Positions 10,700 through 20,884 are shown, counted from the first letter of the stretch. The stretch: 64,000 bases of DNA from Candidatus Omnitrophota bacterium (GCA_043821285.1 JBDRCZ010000073.1:3564-67563); one strand, 5' to 3'. Notes: generated by a model from the letters alone, not told the origin. A program made the numbers and translations.

Positions 10700-11425
10700 A
10701 TGAACGTTAATTATTTATACGATCAGTTAAAAACCGCACTGCGGGAGCAGACAGCCGGGCAGCAATTATATCATGAAACCGTATCAATCCGCTGTAGAAC
10801 CTTAACTGCCGATCAAGCGATTGGAAACCCGGAACATCAGGATTATCCGATTATTAAAGGAAAGGAAGTTATGGTTGAGGCCGGGTTTCTTGGGGCAAAA
10901 GGCCAGGCCTTTACTGACGAATTTGAAGCCAGAGACTATACAATTACTCAGTTGATAGATATGGAACTTGATAGCAATAAAAAAAGGGCCAGTTTTATTG
11001 CCGCATTTAATGCGGTTTATCGATATCTTAATCTGTGCGAAAAAACGCTTCATTGTAAGGATAAAGAACCGGTTCAGTGTGCGGAAGAGTTGATAAATAC
11101 CATCCCGGCCGGCGCGAAAGTCCTGTTAATCGGTTATCAGCCCCGTTTTATTGAAAAACTTTCAAGTGCGTTTCAGCTCAGAACTATTGATATGGACGAG
11201 GACAATATTGGCCGGGAGAGTTTTGGGGTTATTGTTGAGCCGCCGTGCCGTACCGCGGAGGCGATAGATTGGGGTAATCTGATACTTGCCACCGGCTCGA
11301 CGATTGTCAATGGAACGATTGTGACTTTTCTAAACAGCGATAAGCCGGTATTATTTTACGGGATAACAATTTCCGGCCCGGCAAGTTTATTATCTTTAAA
11401 AAGATATTGTTTTTGCGGACATTAA
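10700..11425 (+). CDS. DUF364/DUF4213-like Rossmann-fold protein (putative metal-chelation domain)
   Basis: C-terminal Rossmann-like segment (VLLIGYQP...ATGSTIVNGT) reminiscent of the DUF364 family. Family assignment from memory only. Confidence 0.35.
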   Translation: MNVNYLYDQLKTALREQTAGQQLYHETVSIRCRTLTADQAIGNPEHQDYPIIKGKEVMVEAGFLGAKGQAFTDEFEARDYTITQLIDMELDSNKKRASFIAAFNAVYRYLNLCEKTLHCKDKEPVQCAEELINTIPAGAKVLLIGYQPRFIEKLSSAFQLRTIDMDEDNIGRESFGVIVEPPCRTAEAIDWGNLILATGSTIVNGTIVTFLNSDKPVLFYGITISGPASLLSLKRYCFCGH

Positions 11426-11449
11426 CATAAAACCGGATGAGGTGGGAAT

Positions 11450-11635
11450 ATGTTGTCAAAGGATATGATTACGGCAATAGAGGAAATGGTTTTTGAAACG
11501 GATGGACGTCGAAAATTAACCTGTGCCAGTGTGTTTAAGGTTAGTTATGAATTTAAAATACTATTAGCAGAAATTGGTAAGTATTGTAATGAGAACGGAA
11601 TTAAAATAGCGGATTGTCAATTAGGTTGTTTTTAG
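11450..11635 (+). CDS. small hypothetical protein (61 aa, four Cys)
   Basis: ORF between DUF364-like and MobB-like genes; no recognisable family. Confidence 0.3.
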   Translation: MLSKDMITAIEEMVFETDGRRKLTCASVFKVSYEFKILLAEIGKYCNENGIKIADCQLGCF

Positions 11636-11639
11636 GAGA

Positions 11640-12089
11640 ATGTCTCTCATGCGCTCCCCGAAAATCATTGTTGTTGCCGGGGCACATTCTAATATTGGTA
11701 AAACTACGCTTGCCGGTCAATTGTCTGCTCTGCTCGATAAAGCGGTTCGGGTCAAAATCGGACATCACCCGATGAAAGAGCATGGTGATAAAAATTATTA
11801 TTACGCCGGCACAACGTTTTCTGAAATTCTCGCAGATAATCAGGGATGCCGGTTTTTGATCATTGAGAGTAATCAGATACTTAAACAGATTAAACCGGAC
11901 TGTTTGATATTTTTAACCGGACCGGGAAAGACTAAGCCGTCTGCGGAAGCGGCGCTTATCGCGGCGGATATTATCAGAGGGATGTATCTTGATACTGTCC
12001 AGCAGAGACGTATTGCCGCTGTATTGGGGATAAACATGGCCGCGGTCAGAAAAATAATTGAATTATCCGGCGCCTATCTTCAAAAATAA
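11640..12089 (+). CDS. P-loop protein, MobB-like (molybdopterin-guanine dinucleotide biosynthesis adaptor family)
   Basis: Walker A VVAGAHSNIGKTTL; size and context (between fdh and modABC) consistent with MobB. Confidence 0.5.
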   Translation: MSLMRSPKIIVVAGAHSNIGKTTLAGQLSALLDKAVRVKIGHHPMKEHGDKNYYYAGTTFSEILADNQGCRFLIIESNQILKQIKPDCLIFLTGPGKTKPSAEAALIAADIIRGMYLDTVQQRRIAAVLGINMAAVRKIIELSGAYLQK

Positions 12090-12101
12090 GAAGTATGACA
12101 A

Positions 12102-12905
12102 ATGTTTAAATTTTTCTCTAAGATAGTCTTTTTCGTTGTGATAAGCACTGTGTTCATATTGTTTGTTTCTCTGATTTTTTTCGGCGATAAAACAAAGCCG
12201 GAATTTCCCCGAAAACCAACGCTAATTGTCTATGCCGGGGCCGGGCTGATGAAGCCGATGGAGGAGATTTGTCAACGGTTTGGCAAAGATAATCGGGTAG
12301 AGGTGCGGGTGAACTATGGGGGATCCGGCGAGTTGCTCGGGCAGTTGTCCATGGGGAGAACCGGCGATGTTTTTGTTCCCGGGGCGGATAAATATATTGA
12401 TGATGCGAAAAAAAATAAATGGATTATTGTACCTACTATAACCCGGCTGGTAAAACACGTTCCGGTTATTGCTGTAGGTTATGGCAATCCGCGAAAAATC
12501 AAAGGATTAGATGATCTGATGCGTCCGGAAATAACCCTGGCATTAGGCGACCCGAATGCTTGTGCGATTGGACGTTTAGCGCAGGATATTTTTATAAAGA
12601 ACGGTATTAACAGTCAAATAAAAGCAAATACAAAGGTTGTTACACCTACCGTCAATCAATTATTAATGTATCTGCTGATAAACCAGGTGGATGCGGCAGT
12701 TATCTGGGAAGATATGGTCTCATGGTCAGAAAGCCGGCAAAAACTCTCGATCGTCCGTATAAACCAGGAACAAAATATCATTAAAACAGTTTCTGCGGCG
12801 GTTATATCCGGAAGTTTGCAGCCGCGTGCTGCAGAAAAGTTAATTAAATTTATGGCCTCTGATCAAGGGTATGCGATCTGGGGAAAATGGGGATTTGGCC
12901 GATGA
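12102..12905 (+). CDS. modA: molybdate/tungstate ABC transporter substrate-binding protein (ModA/TupA/WtpA-like)
   Basis: N-terminal signal/TM segment; LIVYAGAGL...NYGGSGEL...GDVFVPGADKY resembles the ModA fold; followed by permease and ATPase genes. Confidence 0.7.
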   Translation: MFKFFSKIVFFVVISTVFILFVSLIFFGDKTKPEFPRKPTLIVYAGAGLMKPMEEICQRFGKDNRVEVRVNYGGSGELLGQLSMGRTGDVFVPGADKYIDDAKKNKWIIVPTITRLVKHVPVIAVGYGNPRKIKGLDDLMRPEITLALGDPNACAIGRLAQDIFIKNGINSQIKANTKVVTPTVNQLLMYLLINQVDAAVIWEDMVSWSESRQKLSIVRINQEQNIIKTVSAAVISGSLQPRAAEKLIKFMASDQGYAIWGKWGFGR

Positions 12906-13744
12906 GGCATACGGACATACTTAAGAACGTGCTCTTAATATTTACGCTGCTGATTGTTCTGATTATAATGGTATCTGTTGCGGCATTGTTTTTTGTACGG
13001 AATTTCTCAGGGGTGTTAGAGAATATATTCAGTCAAGAGATTAGATATTCTCTGCGGTTGTCGATTGTTACCGGATGTGTATCAACGATACTGGTGATTT
13101 GTGCGGCTGTTCCGGTTGCTTATTTATTTTCAAGATACCGGTTCCCGGGACAGCAGATTATAAAGACGGTTTTATATCTGCCAATTGCTTTCCCGGAGAT
13201 TGTGTTAGGACTTTGTCTTTTGCTCTTTTTCGGGCATCCGGCAGTAAGAGGTTTTTTGTCTGTGCTCGGGGTTGATTTTGTTTTTTCAAAGCCTGGGATT
13301 ATTGTCGCGCAGTTTTTTACGGCATTCCCTTATGCGATACGTATAATTAAAACGGTGTTCGATAGTATTGACCCCCAGCAGGAATTAGTCTCAAGAAGTC
13401 TGGGGTATTCTCAGTTAAGGACAATATTCACGATAACCTTGCCGCTGGCAAAAAACGGCATTATCGCGGCTATGGCAATCTCGTTTGCACGTTGTGTCGG
13501 TGCTTTTGGCTCGGTTTTAATTCTGGCCGGCGGAACGCGTATGTATACAGAAACCCTGCCAATCGCCCTGTATTTAAATTTATCTTATGGAAATATGGAT
13601 CTAGCGATAGCCGCAGGCCTGATGCTCGTGGTGATCGCTTTTATCGGTATTTATATTATTGAGGCAATAGAATCGCGATCAGGGGATTCAATGTTTGGAA
13701 TTGTAATAGGCAATAGTGACAAGGTACTGTCAAAAATAAAATGA
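12887..13744 (+). CDS. modB: molybdate/tungstate ABC transporter permease
   Basis: Polytopic membrane protein with an ABC permease EAA-like region, overlapping the modA stop. Confidence 0.7.
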   Translation: MGIWPMRHTDILKNVLLIFTLLIVLIIMVSVAALFFVRNFSGVLENIFSQEIRYSLRLSIVTGCVSTILVICAAVPVAYLFSRYRFPGQQIIKTVLYLPIAFPEIVLGLCLLLFFGHPAVRGFLSVLGVDFVFSKPGIIVAQFFTAFPYAIRIIKTVFDSIDPQQELVSRSLGYSQLRTIFTITLPLAKNGIIAAMAISFARCVGAFGSVLILAGGTRMYTETLPIALYLNLSYGNMDLAIAAGLMLVVIAFIGIYIIEAIESRSGDSMFGIVIGNSDKVLSKIK

Positions 13745-13747
13745 AAG

Positions 13748-13974
13748 AAACCACAGAGGGCACAGAGAGTTATTTTAAAAATAAATAAGTCATTGATACG
13801 GTAACGGTTAAGGTAACGCACTATAACTACGTATAGCGTATTGAGTATTGAGTATTGAGTATTGAGTTTTTATTGTCATCCTTTTAGTTTTTGTGCTCAA
13901 TTCTCAATACTCAATACTCAATACAAAGATGTTACCGTAACCGACAAACCTTTTTCTCTCTGGTGGCTGTGGTT
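13748..13974. repeat. MITE-like element: terminal inverted repeats AAACCACAGAGGGCACAGAGAG / CTCTCTGGTGGCTGTGGTT around a long hairpin of TATTGAG x4 and its complement
   Basis: Inserted exactly in the modB-modC intergenic region. Internal palindrome GGTAACGGTTAAGGTAACG...GTATTGAG x4...CTCAATAC x3...GTTACCGTAACCG. Related copies at 54761-54833 and 62487-62836. Confidence 0.6.
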
Positions 13975-14014
13975 AATTATTTGACAGAACCATATTATAC
14001 GAGGAGAGGAGGAG

Positions 14015-15121
14015 ATGAATAAAGTCTCCGGGCATATCTTAGTAAAAGACCTTTATTTAACACTGGGTAATTTTTGCCTTAAGAAAATTGATCTAGAGGT
14101 AAACCCGGGCGATTACCACATGCTCCTGGGTCCTTCAGGCAGCGGGAAGTCATCTTTAATGAAATGTCTGCTCGGATTTTACCGTATTGATCGCGGCATG
14201 GTGTGGCTGGGTGCCCGGAACATAACGAATGAACGTCCTGAAAAGCGGCGAATGGGATATGTGCCGCAGAATTATGCGCTTTTTTCCCACATGAATGTGG
14301 AAGAGAATATTCGATACGGAATGAAAGCGGCTAATTTGACAAATCACCAAGCCGCGCAGTATCTTAATCGGCTGCTGGGTATCATGGGCATTGAGAATTT
14401 GCGGTTACGGGAAGTAGATTATTTGTCCGGAGGAGAAAAACAAAAAGTCGCGCTTGGCCGGGCCCTGGGCATGAAGCCGGAAACGATTTTGCTTGATGAA
14501 CCCTTTTCTGCGATTGATGAGGACAGTAAACGCCGATTGTGGTTTGAGCTCAAGCAGGTGATTAATGAGGTTGGTGTGACGACCTTACACATAACCCATA
14601 ATCTTGAAGAGGCTGAAACGCTCGGGGACCGATTGACGCTGTTAATCAATGGAGAAATTGTCCAAAGCGGGAAACGGGAGGAATTGTTTGAACATCCGGT
14701 AAATGAACGTGTTGCCCGGTATTTGAATTACCGGAATATTTTTTATGGGGTAATAAGGGATTACGATGATCACCAAATGTTTGTTTCTGAACATTTCTCT
14801 GTTTCATTAAACCGGAAGTTCCCAAGTAACATACCGGTGACGTTATGTATTCGCCAGCAGGATATAAAGATCGTCAGAGACAATGTTCCGCTTAAGGAAG
14901 AACTATCCGGCACGGTCTTCTCAGGAGAGATTGTAGAATTATTTCAACTTTCAGAATATAGTTTGATGTGGTTTAAGATTGACACCAGCCCCAATAAATA
15001 CGACTTTGAAGTAAAATTTCCGAGCTTTATTGATAAACGGCTGGCGCTTTTTACCGGCAAGCGGATTAAGGTTGCCTTTTGGGAATCAAGGGTTATTATT
15101 TTTGAAAACGAAAGGAGATAG
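14015..15121 (+). CDS. modC: molybdate/tungstate ABC transporter ATP-binding protein with C-terminal TOBE-like domain
   Basis: Walker A GPSGSGKSS, signature LSGGEKQKV, Walker B LLDEP; about 130 aa C-terminal extension typical of ModC/TOBE. Confidence 0.8.
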   Translation: MNKVSGHILVKDLYLTLGNFCLKKIDLEVNPGDYHMLLGPSGSGKSSLMKCLLGFYRIDRGMVWLGARNITNERPEKRRMGYVPQNYALFSHMNVEENIRYGMKAANLTNHQAAQYLNRLLGIMGIENLRLREVDYLSGGEKQKVALGRALGMKPETILLDEPFSAIDEDSKRRLWFELKQVINEVGVTTLHITHNLEEAETLGDRLTLLINGEIVQSGKREELFEHPVNERVARYLNYRNIFYGVIRDYDDHQMFVSEHFSVSLNRKFPSNIPVTLCIRQQDIKIVRDNVPLKEELSGTVFSGEIVELFQLSEYSLMWFKIDTSPNKYDFEVKFPSFIDKRLALFTGKRIKVAFWESRVIIFENERR

Positions 15122-15123
15122 CA

Positions 15124-16392
15124 ATGAATACTGATTATGAAGTGATGTGGAACGATTTGGGACTTGATATAGATAAGCACAATTTTCTTTTAGATTTTCT
15201 TGGAAATGCGTATAAGGACGTGTTTTTAAACCAGGCATACAGGCCTAAGGGGATGGAGTATCTTGATTTTGTTGTTTCCGAAGCGCACGGATTAAGGATA
15301 AAAGAGCTTGTTGACGCAAAAAAAGACGGAAGGAAGGTGATAGGTGTTTTCTGTTTGTATGTGCCCGAAGAAATAATCGTTGCTTTAAACGGTATATGCG
15401 TAGGACTTTGCGGCGGCGCTGATTTCGAGCCGGAATCCGTACAGGCACGGCTGGGCAGCAGGAATATATGTCCGCTTATCCAGTCTTTTATGGGGTTTAA
15501 GCTTGGAAAAGTATGCCCTTTCTTTGAAGTTGCGGACATTCTTGTAGGCGAGACGACATGTGACGGCAAGAAAAAAGTTTATGAGAGCCTTAATGATATA
15601 CAGAATACATATACCGTATGTATGCCCCCTAGATGCGATGATGCGGGTAAGGTTTATTTTAAAGGAGAACTGTTGAAACTTGTTGCTAAATTAGAAGAAA
15701 TCACAGGGAATAAACTTACAGCGGAAAACCTTGCAAAGGGGATAGAAAAAGTTAATACAAAAAGAAAAGCGCTTGAAAGGCTGTACTCTTTAAGGAAACA
15801 GAGAAATGTCCCACTATCCGGACTTGATACGCTTTTAATAAGTCAAATCGCTTTTTATGAAGATATTGACCGGTTTATCGCAAAAATAAATGAGCTTTGT
15901 GATGAGCTTGAATCTACCCGGGAAGGTATTAAAGGGTCTGAACACATGAAAAGAATAATGGTTACAGGCACGCCAATGGCTTTCCCGAATTGGAAGATTC
16001 ACCACCTTGTTGAGTCAACAGGTAATGCCCTGGTTGTGTGCGAGGAAGCATGTACCGGGACAAGATATTTTGAGAAAATTTTTGCATCAGCCAATGACCT
16101 TGAAAAAGATATGGAGGTTATCCTTGAGCATTACTCTAATATCCATTGTGCATGTTTTACGCCAAATGAAGAACGTGTGGAAGATATACTTCGTCTTGTT
16201 GAGGAATATAAAGTGGATGGTGTAATAGTCAATAACCTGACATTCTGTACAAATTATGCGGTTGAACATGCTAAAGTAGAAAAGACACTCAAAGAAAAAG
16301 GCGTATCCGTATTAAAGATAGAAACAGACTATTCAAACTCAGACGCAGAAAGTTTAAAAATAAGAGTAGAAGCTTTTATAGAAATGATTTAA
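15124..16392 (+). CDS. 2-hydroxyacyl-CoA dehydratase / benzoyl-CoA reductase subunit family protein (HgdB/BcrB/BadD-like, Cys-rich)
   Basis: 422 aa with multiple conserved Cys; immediately followed by the cognate activator ATPase. Confidence 0.65.
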   Translation: MNTDYEVMWNDLGLDIDKHNFLLDFLGNAYKDVFLNQAYRPKGMEYLDFVVSEAHGLRIKELVDAKKDGRKVIGVFCLYVPEEIIVALNGICVGLCGGADFEPESVQARLGSRNICPLIQSFMGFKLGKVCPFFEVADILVGETTCDGKKKVYESLNDIQNTYTVCMPPRCDDAGKVYFKGELLKLVAKLEEITGNKLTAENLAKGIEKVNTKRKALERLYSLRKQRNVPLSGLDTLLISQIAFYEDIDRFIAKINELCDELESTREGIKGSEHMKRIMVTGTPMAFPNWKIHHLVESTGNALVVCEEACTGTRYFEKIFASANDLEKDMEVILEHYSNIHCACFTPNEERVEDILRLVEEYKVDGVIVNNLTFCTNYAVEHAKVEKTLKEKGVSVLKIETDYSNSDAESLKIRVEAFIEMI

Positions 16393-16403
16393 AGAGCTTA
16401 AAA

Positions 16404-17213
16404 ATGAAAAAATATTTAGGTATAGATGCGGGATCGCGTTTTCTAAAATACGTTATTTTAGATACTGAAACAATTATAGACAGCGGAGTTGTCTCATCCG
16501 GTAATATAGATAAGACTTTATTTTCTAATCTTGTTGAGAATGTGGAAGGAATAGGTCTGACAGGATACGGAAGGTCGATGTTCCTGGAATTTTTACAGCA
16601 TTTTTCTGCAAAGAAAATCACCGAAATAAAGGCAGCAGCCTGCGGATTAAAATATCTTGGACAAAAAGCAGCAACTGTTATAGATATAGGAGGGCAAGAT
16701 ACAAAAATAATATATCTGGATGATGAATATTCCATAAAAGATTTTACAATGAACGATAAATGCGCGGCAGGGACAGGAAAATTTATTGAAATGGTCTTAA
16801 AAACCCTTGATTTGAACTTGGAACAGGCAAGGGATATTGACTGGGGCGGGGGAACAGACGTAAAGATAAACTCAACATGCGCAGTTTTTGCTGAGACAGA
16901 AATAATACAGCATTTATATGCCGGGGTTAAGCGGTTAGATATTTTTACGGCTGTTTTAAAAAGTATTGCTTCCAGAGTGATCATTCCTAACAGGTATATG
17001 ATTTCGGAACCTGTTGTGCTTTCCGGCGGTACAGCGTATTTCAAATCTTTACAAGATTGGCTTAAGGTAATATTAAAGACGGATATAGTAGTGCCGGAGA
17101 AATTCTGGTTTGTCAATGCAATAGGTGCAGCTAATTATGCATTGGAGTTTACTCAACAAGTCAAATATAGAGAGGAGGGAACTGGTGTTCCGGCTGGTCT
17201 TCAAAACCAGTAG
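16404..17213 (+). CDS. BadF/BadG/BcrA/BcrD-type ATPase, activator of 2-hydroxyacyl-CoA dehydratase (HgdC-like)
   Basis: GIDAGSRFLK...DIGGQDTKII...MNDKCAAGTGKF...STCAVFAETE closely matches the HgdC/CoA-substrate-specific enzyme activase family. The 3' 45 nt overlap tRNA-Sec. Confidence 0.85.
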   Translation: MKKYLGIDAGSRFLKYVILDTETIIDSGVVSSGNIDKTLFSNLVENVEGIGLTGYGRSMFLEFLQHFSAKKITEIKAAACGLKYLGQKAATVIDIGGQDTKIIYLDDEYSIKDFTMNDKCAAGTGKFIEMVLKTLDLNLEQARDIDWGGGTDVKINSTCAVFAETEIIQHLYAGVKRLDIFTAVLKSIASRVIIPNRYMISEPVVLSGGTAYFKSLQDWLKVILKTDIVVPEKFWFVNAIGAANYALEFTQQVKYREEGTGVPAGLQNQ

Positions 17214-17263
17214 CAGGCGGATAATACCGTCTGTGGCAGGTTCGATTCCTGCTCTCTCTGCCA
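17169..17263 (+). tRNA. selC: tRNA-Sec (anticodon UCA)
   Basis: 95 nt. 8-bp acceptor (AGAGAGGA / CTCTCTCT) + G discriminator + CCA. 6-bp D stem with 4-nt loop. 6-bp anticodon stem with loop CTTCAAA (UCA at 17201-17203). Long variable arm (CAGGCGG-ATAATA-CCGTCTG). T arm GCAGG-TTCGATT-CCTGC. Lies directly upstream of selA-selB. Confidence 0.85.
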
Positions 17264-17318
17264 ATTTGGATTTAGACTAAGGAATATTAAAAGAAAGAAT
17301 CTTGGCGCTCTTTGCGTC

Positions 17319-18731
17319 TTGGCGGGAAAAATGAATAAAAAAAACAATCAGTTACGCCGGCTTCCCGGGGTTGACGCGGTGCTGAATGAACCGGGCATAA
17401 AAAAGCTGATCACCGAATATGGCCGGGATATGGCGGTTTATTCTGCGCGTAAGGTAATCAGCGCTATGCGGGAAGAAATTAAATCCGGCGGGCTTGATTT
17501 TCAAAAAGATATATTATTCAACCGGATTAATGATACTGTTTACAAAATTGCGCGTGATCGGTTTAAACCGGTTATTAATGCAACCGGCATTCTGATTCAT
17601 ACTAATCTTGGCCGTGCCCCCCTGGGTGAGTACGCGGCCGCGGAGCTGGAAAAGACAATAGCCGGTTATACGAATCTGGAGTTTGATCTTGCCACGGGCC
17701 GCCGCGGACGGCGAAACGATTTGATTGCTCCGCTTATTAATTTTTTAACCGGGGCAGAAGACTCGCTTGTGGTAAATAACAATGCTGCGGCGCTGCTAAT
17801 TATTCTGCATACTTTTGCCCGCGGTAAAGAGGTTATTGTTTCGCGGGGCGAACTTGTGGAAATCGGTGATTCCTTCCGTATTCCCGATATGTTACGCGCG
17901 GCCGGGGCAAAGATGGTTGAGGTTGGCACGACGAATAGAACGCGCCTGTGTGATTATGAAAAGGCATTGACACCCAGGACCGCACTCATTTTAAAAGTAC
18001 ATAAGTCTAATTACGCGATTACGGGGTTTACCGAAGAAGTTTCGGTTAAAGATCTTTCCGGGTTTTCCCATAAACAGGCAATCCCTTTTGTATACGATAT
18101 CGGGTCGGGCCTGTTACGCAAACCAAAAGGCTTTACCCTTGAGAATGAGCCTGAGGTAAAAGGTGCAATTGGTCACGGCGCGGACATGGTGACGTTTAGC
18201 GGGGATAAACTGATTGGCGGGCCGCAGGCAGGAATCATTACCGGCAGAAAAGATTTAATCCGCCGCATTGCGCGCGCGCCGATGATGCGGGCACTGCGGG
18301 TAGGAAAACTCACCCTGGCCGCGCTTATTGTTACCTGCAGGCAGTATCTGAATGACAAAGAGCGCAAAAGTAAGACACCGTTATTTACCCTGCTTGAGCG
18401 CAGTAAAAGGCAGAGAAAAGAAATGGCCGTAAACCTTATGGAGGAGTTGAGGAAACAGAACATTGCCGCAACCATGGTAAAAAACAAAGGGTGCTGCGGC
18501 GGCGGTACTCTGCCGGAACTGTACATTGACAGTTTTGCCGTTTGTCTTAACTTCCCGTACCAAAACAATAAAGAACGTGTGCATGCTGCGGAAAAAACAT
18601 TTCGCGAACTTTTACGCATAGATAAACCGATTATCGCTATTTTACGTAAAGGTGAAATTCTTTTCGATGTGCTTGCCCTTTTGCCGCAGGATATACCGTA
18701 TATTGCCGAGCAAGCTGCCAAAACAAGATAA
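17319..18731 (+). CDS. selA: L-seryl-tRNA(Sec) selenium transferase
   Basis: KPVINATGILIHTNLGRAPL...NNNAAALLIILHTFARGKEVIVSRGELVEIGDSFRIPD...FSGDKLIGGPQAGII aligns along its length with E. coli SelA. Confidence 0.93.
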   Translation: MAGKMNKKNNQLRRLPGVDAVLNEPGIKKLITEYGRDMAVYSARKVISAMREEIKSGGLDFQKDILFNRINDTVYKIARDRFKPVINATGILIHTNLGRAPLGEYAAAELEKTIAGYTNLEFDLATGRRGRRNDLIAPLINFLTGAEDSLVVNNNAAALLIILHTFARGKEVIVSRGELVEIGDSFRIPDMLRAAGAKMVEVGTTNRTRLCDYEKALTPRTALILKVHKSNYAITGFTEEVSVKDLSGFSHKQAIPFVYDIGSGLLRKPKGFTLENEPEVKGAIGHGADMVTFSGDKLIGGPQAGIITGRKDLIRRIARAPMMRALRVGKLTLAALIVTCRQYLNDKERKSKTPLFTLLERSKRQRKEMAVNLMEELRKQNIAATMVKNKGCCGGGTLPELYIDSFAVCLNFPYQNNKERVHAAEKTFRELLRIDKPIIAILRKGEILFDVLALLPQDIPYIAEQAAKTR

Positions 18732-18740
18732 GGTTATGTT

Positions 18741-20681
18741 ATGAAACATTTGATTATGGGTACTGCCGGGCATGTTGACCATGGCAAAACCGCGCTGATA
18801 AAAATGCTTACCGGCATTGATTGTGATACCCATCCGGAAGAAAAGCGCCGCGGGATAACCATGAATTTAGGGTTTGCCTATTATGACCTTCCGGACTCCT
18901 CCCGGCTGGGGATTGTTGATGTTCCCGGTCACAGAAATTTTGTGCATACCATGGCCGCCGGCGCAAGCGGTATTGATTTTTTCCTATTAGTCATTGCCGC
19001 AGACAGCGGGATTATGCCTCAGACGCGGGAGCACGTGAAAATAATAGAGATGTTCGGGATTAAAAAGGGGATTATCGTGCTGAACAAGATTGACCTTATT
19101 GACGATGAATTGCGGGAGTTAAATCAGGAAGAGATCCGTGATTATTTTAAAGATACGTTGTTTGCCGGCCTTCCGGTAACCGGGGTCTCGGCAAAGACCG
19201 GAGCGGGGAAGGAAGATTTGCAGCAGGCTATTTTTAATCTCGCGCAAAGTGTCGATGAAAAAGTGATTGAAAAAATCTTCCGGATGTACATTGACCGTAT
19301 TTTTATTGTTGAAGGCTTCGGTACGGTAGTAACCGGCACGGTATTAGGCGGCCGGCTCTCGCCGGGGGATAGGGTTTATCTTTTACCATCGGAGAAAGAG
19401 CTTCGCATCCGGCGGATAGAGCATCACGGCCGGGAAGTTCAAGAGATCCGCGCCGGCGACAGAGCAGCCATAAACCTTGTGGGCTTAGACCGCAGCGATT
19501 TTAGCCGCGGCATGCTTATTTCCGACAGGATACTGGAACCGTCGACGATGATTGACGTGTACTGTTCTGTTTTTGATCAGGTTACCGGCCTTAATGTATG
19601 GACATCGGCTTTATTTCACTGCGGGACGAATGAAATACAATGCCGGGTGCATTTACTTGATTGCGACCGGCTAATGCCCAAAGAACAGGCGGTTGCGCAG
19701 ATCGTACTTTCAAAGCCGGCAGTTATCTTAAACAATGACCGTTTTATATTAAGGAATACCTCCTCTGACGCGACAATCGGCGGGGGAACGGTTATTGACG
19801 CGCATCCGCTGCATCACCGGCGCCGGACGCAAAGGATGGTCGAAGAAGTTAAGAAAAGGATTGACAGCAATCTGCCGGAGCTGATTTTCTCGGAAGTACG
19901 CAAGCGCTACCGGGTTGTTTCAGATAAAGAAATTGCAGACGTATTAAACCTCCCCGCGGACCAGGTACTGGAGGTAGTTCAGAAAGAGACAGCGGATGAT
20001 ATAGTTGTGTGCATTGATAATAATGAAGCGGTACTGCTGCTGCGAAACGAATATAAGAGAATGAAAGGCCGGGTGCTTAAACGCCTTGAGGTTTTCCATA
20101 ACAATAATCCCTATGATGAGCGAGGAATGACGTTTGAAGCGTTCATAAGTGTTTTTGGATTTCAGGCAGAGGCGGCCGGAGAAATGTTTATGAAATGTCT
20201 GTTAGCGTCATTAGAAAAAAACAACAGCATAAAAAAGGCCGGTAATACCTGGGCGCTTAACAGCCATACGGTTACAATTGAGGCAGGCATGGAGCAGGAC
20301 ATCGCGTGCATAGAAAATTATCTAAAAAACTCAGGGCTTAGAACGCCGCTTATCTCGGAAATAATTCCCTATGCCAAGGCAAAACGCGCTATTCATGAAA
20401 AGAAACTTCGTCAGATCCTGCATTATTTAGCAAGCCGGGCTAAAATATATGAGATTGAAGGCAATTTTATTCATGCCTCAGTCGTGGATGCGTGCCGGGC
20501 AAAACTGTTAAACAGCCTGAAGGATAAATCCGGAGGCATAACCGTTGCGCAATTCAGGGATATTATTAAAGGAAACCGTAAAATGTGTCTTTTGCTGCTT
20601 GGCCAATATGATGCTGAAGAAATTATCGTACGACAGGGGGATGTGCGGGTTTTGACCGAAAAGGGCGCAGGGTACGTGTAG
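18741..20681 (+). CDS. selB: selenocysteine-specific translation elongation factor
   Basis: GTPase motifs [17 protein letters not shown] followed by about 400 aa of winged-helix mRNA-binding extension; adjacent to selA. Confidence 0.93.
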   Translation: MKHLIMGTAGHVDHGKTALIKMLTGIDCDTHPEEKRRGITMNLGFAYYDLPDSSRLGIVDVPGHRNFVHTMAAGASGIDFFLLVIAADSGIMPQTREHVKIIEMFGIKKGIIVLNKIDLIDDELRELNQEEIRDYFKDTLFAGLPVTGVSAKTGAGKEDLQQAIFNLAQSVDEKVIEKIFRMYIDRIFIVEGFGTVVTGTVLGGRLSPGDRVYLLPSEKELRIRRIEHHGREVQEIRAGDRAAINLVGLDRSDFSRGMLISDRILEPSTMIDVYCSVFDQVTGLNVWTSALFHCGTNEIQCRVHLLDCDRLMPKEQAVAQIVLSKPAVILNNDRFILRNTSSDATIGGGTVIDAHPLHHRRRTQRMVEEVKKRIDSNLPELIFSEVRKRYRVVSDKEIADVLNLPADQVLEVVQKETADDIVVCIDNNEAVLLLRNEYKRMKGRVLKRLEVFHNNNPYDERGMTFEAFISVFGFQAEAAGEMFMKCLLASLEKNNSIKKAGNTWALNSHTVTIEAGMEQDIACIENYLKNSGLRTPLISEIIPYAKAKRAIHEKKLRQILHYLASRAKIYEIEGNFIHASVVDACRAKLLNSLKDKSGGITVAQFRDIIKGNRKMCLLLLGQYDAEEIIVRQGDVRVLTEKGAGYV

Positions 20682-20884
20682 ATAATAAGGTTCTTTCTTG
20701 GCTGGGCTGCAAGATGTAACCTATTGGAGAGTAAAAATAAAAGACGACGCCACGGATTTTCACAGATTGAACACTGATAAAAAATGAGGTTAAAAAATAG
20801 ATCTTCCGTGTATGAATATACCCTGTCTCTTGCTGTAGTGTATATTCATTACGAATGAACCTAATAAGGGAATAGGGTGCTGCT

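Noticed and set aside
13838-13924. Tandem 7-bp repeats that could be mistaken for a CRISPR array or VNTR
   Set aside because: Repeat unit is only 7 bp with no spacers, and the two arrays are mutually complementary. This is a hairpin within a MITE-like element, not a CRISPR.
16376-17116. 246-aa ORF on the minus strand
   Set aside because: Entirely antisense to the well-supported HgdC-like activase gene. Cys/Ser/Pro-rich, low-complexity translation with no family resemblance; an overlap artefact.
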